This document shows, piece after piece, positions 59,685 through 64,000 of a DNA stretch of 64,000 nucleotides. This stretch comes from a bacterium (GTDB lineage: Bacteria > SAR324 > NAC60-12): positions 640,001 through 704,000 of the forward strand of contig OZ242383.1 of assembly GCA_965209155.1 (NCBI GenBank), in the 5' to 3' direction. A program made the translations under genes and the position numbers. The notes under the pieces were generated by a model. It ran no database searches. It saw only the letters and a list, made by a program, of their open reading frames with translations, and had not been told where the DNA came from. Positions within the stretch are counted from its first letter, which is position 1; each line of letters opens with the position of its first letter.

Positions 59685-60524
59685 TCAATCGATTTGGAGG
59701 GGAGTGAACCGGGGAGGACGTTTTTCCACGAAGGAGACGACCCCTTCTTTGAAATCCGCGCGTTGGAGACTCTCTGCCATGAGGCGATTGGTTTCGGTCA
59801 TTGCCTCTCCCAGGTTCATATTCAGGTGACGGTAAATCTGCTGTTTGATGATTTTCAAGGAAATCGGGGCCACGGTGTCCGCCAGGGTCCGGATGTAGGC
59901 TTGGGCGGCCGGCACGACCTCCTCCCGGGGCATCGCCCGATTAACCAACCCCATTTTCTCAGCTTCCAGACCATCAATCCGACGTGCGCTCCAGAGCAAA
60001 TCGAGCGCGCGTCCCGGCCCCACCACCCGGGGCAAAATCCAACTCAGTCCATGCTCGGCAATCAGTCCCCGTTGCGAAAAGGCAGTGGTAAAGACCGCAT
60101 CCTCCGCTGCATAGCGCATGTCGCAGAGCATGGCTATGGCGAAGGCCAGCCCGGCGCATGGCCCGTTGATGGCGGCAATAAGCGGTTTTTGAAGGGAAAG
60201 CAGGTAAGCGTAAGTGACTTGAAAATCCGGCCCCATACCAGGGTCTCCGGGGTCGGCCCGCAAGTGCTCCTCTTTGTCTCCCCGGGTAGGATTGGCGCCT
60301 GATTGAGCGGATTGGTTCAATGCATTCATGTCCATACCCGCGCTGAACCCACGGCCTTCGCCGGTAAGAACCACACCGGTCACCTCTTCGCTCCGCTCTG
60401 CTCGAGCGAGGGCATGACGGATTTCTACCAGCATCGAGGAAGTGAGCGCATTGAGGTAGTCCGGCCGGTTCATGTGAATGGTGGCCACCGGGCCGTTGAC
60501 TGCGTATTTGATTTCTTCATACAT
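59685..60524 (-). CDS. Enoyl-CoA hydratase/isomerase family protein
   Basis: NRPDYLNAL, FSAGMD, KPLIAAING.CAG and DFKEGV.SFVEKRPP.F. Confidence 0.9.
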   Translation of the reverse strand: MYEEIKYAVNGPVATIHMNRPDYLNALTSSMLVEIRHALARAERSEEVTGVVLTGEGRGFSAGMDMNALNQSAQSGANPTRGDKEEHLRADPGDPGMGPDFQVTYAYLLSLQKPLIAAINGPCAGLAFAIAMLCDMRYAAEDAVFTTAFSQRGLIAEHGLSWILPRVVGPGRALDLLWSARRIDGLEAEKMGLVNRAMPREEVVPAAQAYIRTLADTVAPISLKIIKQQIYRHLNMNLGEAMTETNRLMAESLQRADFKEGVVSFVEKRPPRFTPLQID

Positions 60525-60558
60525 GGGAACTCCTTTGACCTGGTAGAAGATCGGAACG

Positions 60559-60938
<380 letters not shown>

Positions 60939-61012
60939 ATGGATGGGAGGGAAACTGCTTCGCCGCTAAAGTTCCCCCCAGGGAGAGTTAGTCGGCGAAG
61001 CGCGCATCCTTG

Positions 61013-61041
61013 AATATAATACAGGTTGGCAGAGAATGCAA
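61013..61041 (-). promoter_or_regulatory. Putative sigma70 promoter of ssrA
   Basis: TTGCAT-17 bp-TATATT on the minus strand, about 75 bp upstream of mature tmRNA. Confidence 0.55.
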
Positions 61042-61102
61042 ATTAAATTGAAAACCTGCCCGGACCGGACTGGTCCGGTTAAGGGACTCGCTCTATTTGT
61101 TT

Positions 61103-63169
61103 TCAGGCATCTTTGATGCTGAGCTGTAATTTACCACGGCGGTCGAACCCGATTGCGCGAACGCGGACTTCTTGACCCTCCTGGACCACCTGGCTTACCG
61201 TTTTCACCCGTCCTTCCGCCAGATTGGAAATATGGACCAGACCTTGAGTGCCTGGAAATATTTCCACGAAAGCGCCAAAATCAACGACCTTGACCACCAT
61301 CCCTTCATACACCGTACCGATTTCGGCAGCACGGGTGAGATCATGAATCATCTCCAGGGCCTCGTCCACCGCCTGGTGATCGGTAGAAACGACGGAGACG
61401 ATACCATCGTCATTGACGTTGATTTTTGCGCCGGTTTTTTCCGTGATATTTTTGATCACTTTGCCACCAGGACCAATCACGTCGCGGATTTTATCAACGG
61501 GAATCTTGTGCGTGACGAAGCGAGGGGCATAACTGGAAAGGCCTTCCCGGGAAGTGGAAATTTCCTCCTTCATCACTTCCAGAATGTGGAGCCGCCCTTC
61601 TTTTGCCTGGGAGAGCGCCCTTTCGATGATGTCGCGGTCGATGCCCGTGACCTTGATGTCCATTTGCAATGCCGTAATGCCGTTTTCCGTGCCCACCACT
61701 TTGAAATCCATGTCTCCCAGGTGGTCTTCGTCTCCCAGAATATCGGAAAGAATGACGGTGCGGTCGTCTTCATGGATCAACCCCATGGCGATTCCGGCCG
61801 TGGCCGCTCGCAACGGTACGCCGGCATCCATCATGGCCAGGGAAGCGCCACAGACGGTTGCCATGGAAGAAGAGCCGTTGGATTCCAATATTTCGGAAAC
61901 CACGCGAATCGTATAAGGGAATGCTTCACGCTCCGGAAGAATGGGGATCACTCCTTTTTCCGCCAGGAATCCGTGGCCAATTTCACGCCGGCCCGGAGCG
62001 CGGGGAGGACGGGCTTCACCGACGGAAAAAGCGGGAAAGTTATAGTGGAGGAGAAAATTTTTATAGGAGATGCCATCCAGGGCATCGATCATTTGTTCGT
62101 CTTCTTTGGTACCCAGGGTGGTGATGACCAGCGCCTGGGTTTCTCCCCGGGTGAACAATGCCGAACCATGAGCCCGTGGCAGGACTCCGGTTTCACAGGT
62201 AATTTCCCGGATATCCGTCAAGGATCGTCCATCAATTCGAATGCCATTGTCCAGAATTCCGGATCGCATTTCCCTTTTTTTCAAGGCGGCAAGCATTTGC
62301 TCGATTTCCTGTTTTTTGTCTTCATCTTCCATCCCCAAGGCTTCCACGACCTCGGTCCCGACCGTATCCATCATGGCGTAGCGCTTCAATTTATCCTTGG
62401 TCTTCAAGGCTTTCCGTACTTTGGGAAGGGCGACCTTCTCAACCCGGCCTTGCAGTTCCACATTTTCTTCCGGGGGAACGACAAGTCGTTTGGGCTGTCC
62501 ACACTCACGCGCCAGTTCTTGCTGGACGGCAAGGAGAGGCTGGATGGCTTCATGTCCGAAAAGAATCGCCTCCACCATCAATGCTTCGGAAAGCTGGTTG
62601 GCTTCGCCTTCCACCATCAAGATGGCATCTTGCGAGCCGGCAATCAAAAGATCCAAGGCGCTTTTTTCCAATGCGGACGGGAGGGGGTTGACCACGAATT
62701 GATCGTCGATGTAGCCGATGCGCGCCCCTGCGACCGGGGTGGTGAACGGGATATCGGAAAGGAGAAGCGCCGTCGATGCGCCCGTCATGGCAGCAACATC
62801 GGGTCCATTGACCAGGTCCGAACTCAAGACCGTGGCCTGTACAACGGTCTCTGCCTGGAAATGCTTATCAAAAAGAGGACGCAGGGGGCGGTCGATGAAG
62901 CGGGAAATCAAAGTTTCCCGATCCGATAAACGGCCTTCCCGTTTGAAGAATCCACCAGGAATCCGACCCGTAGCATAGGCTTTTTCAACGTAGTGGACGG
63001 AGAGAGGAAAAAAATCTCGAGCCTCTCCAGCTTCTTTTTCTGCCGTGGCAGTCACCAGGACGAGGGTGTCTCCATAACGGACGACGACCGAACCGCCGGC
63101 TTGCTTGGCCATTCTTCCCGTTTCGATGGAAAAGGGTCGGCCTCCAAATTCAGTTTCTACTATTTTCAT
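61103..63169 (-). CDS. pnp: Polyribonucleotide nucleotidyltransferase
   Basis: FFPLSV.Y, GRIPGGF.KREG, RREIGHG, ESNGSSSMA, KH and S1 domains. Confidence 0.98.
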   Translation of the reverse strand: MKIVETEFGGRPFSIETGRMAKQAGGSVVVRYGDTLVLVTATAEKEAGEARDFFPLSVHYVEKAYATGRIPGGFFKREGRLSDRETLISRFIDRPLRPLFDKHFQAETVVQATVLSSDLVNGPDVAAMTGASTALLLSDIPFTTPVAGARIGYIDDQFVVNPLPSALEKSALDLLIAGSQDAILMVEGEANQLSEALMVEAILFGHEAIQPLLAVQQELARECGQPKRLVVPPEENVELQGRVEKVALPKVRKALKTKDKLKRYAMMDTVGTEVVEALGMEDEDKKQEIEQMLAALKKREMRSGILDNGIRIDGRSLTDIREITCETGVLPRAHGSALFTRGETQALVITTLGTKEDEQMIDALDGISYKNFLLHYNFPAFSVGEARPPRAPGRREIGHGFLAEKGVIPILPEREAFPYTIRVVSEILESNGSSSMATVCGASLAMMDAGVPLRAATAGIAMGLIHEDDRTVILSDILGDEDHLGDMDFKVVGTENGITALQMDIKVTGIDRDIIERALSQAKEGRLHILEVMKEEISTSREGLSSYAPRFVTHKIPVDKIRDVIGPGGKVIKNITEKTGAKINVNDDGIVSVVSTDHQAVDEALEMIHDLTRAAEIGTVYEGMVVKVVDFGAFVEIFPGTQGLVHISNLAEGRVKTVSQVVQEGQEVRVRAIGFDRRGKLQLSIKDA

Positions 63170-63190
63170 AAAGTGTTACTCCAAGCGGGT

Positions 63191-63457
63191 TTATTTGCGG
63201 ATTCCTAAACGCTTGATAATGTCCCGGTAACGCTCCATGTCTTTTTTCATCAAGTAATTCAAAAAACTGCGGCGACGTCCAACGAGTTTCAAGAGTCCTC
63301 TGCGTGAATCGTGATCTTTGGGTTTTTGTTGCAGATGGGTGGTCAGATAGTTTATACGGGATGTCAACAAAGCCACCTGAACTTCCGCAGAACCCGTATC
63401 GTTTTTAGTGCGACCATATTCTTCAGTGATTTTGATTTTTGCTTCTTTGCTCAGCAT
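63191..63457 (-). CDS. rpsO: 30S ribosomal protein S15
   Basis: [13 protein letters not shown] and [17 protein letters not shown]. Confidence 0.98.
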   Translation of the reverse strand: MLSKEAKIKITEEYGRTKNDTGSAEVQVALLTSRINYLTTHLQQKPKDHDSRRGLLKLVGRRRSFLNYLMKKDMERYRDIIKRLGIRK

Positions 63458-63465
63458 CGTTTTCT

Positions 63466-64000
63466 CTATATAAAAATTTTTGAAGGATTGAATTGGCGAC
63501 GGTTTTTATGAGCCGCGATGTGCCCGATGGCCACTAAAGTATTTCGAGCGTCCACTACTTTAGTGGGAAGCGGAAATTCTTTTCCGCTAAGCGGAGAACA
63601 GGATTTTATGCTTTCCAAAGGCAGTGATTGTCCATGACTCAAACGGTTTTGCGCTTCATGGCTGGCATATAGAGTATGGTGTTCATTCAAAATGTCAACA
63701 GGATTGATGCGGAAAGAGAAATCGTCCCGTTGTTTGCGGAAGGACAATGATTGCAGACGATGCGCATTTTCCAGGGTAAAGTAAGCTCCGACGGACAACC
63801 TTTGCAGGTCAGCCAGGTAGGCCCCTACTCCCAGGCTCTGGCCCACGTCATACGCCAGGGAGCGGATGTACGTGCCGCTGGAGCAACTCACTCGCATAAC
63901 GACCAGGGGGAGTTGAATCGACTCAAGGCGAATGGAATCGATACAAATTGTTTTTTCTTTGCGCACCAGCGATTTCCCCTGACGAGCAATGCGGTAAGCA
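63466..64000 (-). CDS. truB: tRNA pseudouridine(55) synthase, C-terminal part (5' end outside window)
   Basis: AYRIARQG and [23 protein letters not shown]; truB-rpsO-pnp synteny. Confidence 0.9.
   Translation of the reverse strand, partial: AYRIARQGKSLVRKEKTICIDSIRLESIQLPLVVMRVSCSSGTYIRSLAYDVGQSLGVGAYLADLQRLSVGAYFTLENAHRLQSLSFRKQRDDFSFRINPVDILNEHHTLYASHEAQNRLSHGQSLPLESIKSCSPLSGKEFPLPTKVVDARNTLVAIGHIAAHKNRRQFNPSKIFI

Noticed and set aside
61172..62929. 585-aa antisense ORF, and similar long ORFs opposite the PKS, cobA and the epimerase
   Set aside because: They fully overlap well-supported genes on the other strand, as is typical of codon-bias shadows.

Overview
Bacterial chromosomal window. 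Gene content suggests a deltaproteobacterial-like lineage, possibly SAR324 or a marine symbiont (inference only). The housekeeping backbone includes pheS, a stand-alone EF-G, rnpB, a murI-like gene, smc, xseB, rne, selA, proA, adk, lepA, aroK, cobA-hemD, five tRNAs, tmRNA, pnp, rpsO and truB. Two accessory regions interrupt it. (1) An AT-rich islet at about 23.5-25.6 kb holds a HipA-like kinase, cleanly split by a 199-bp MITE with an 8-bp target duplication, followed by a HipS-like gene. (2) A region of about 28 kb (26.8-55.2 kb) begins with a NusG-paralog antiterminator and a GC-rich sup-like type I PKS cassette: ACP, alpha/beta-hydrolase, a KS-AT-DH-cMT-ER-KR-ACP-KS gene with an in-frame TAG, and an NCS2 permease. 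A second copy of the antiterminator promoter/leader with an internally deleted relic of the gene follows, then a Wzx/Wzy polysaccharide cluster. Intergenic spaces carry several families of MITEs and palindromic GTCATTCC...GGAATCC repeats, some tandem and some nested. No CRISPR array, rRNA, integrase or intact transposase was seen.
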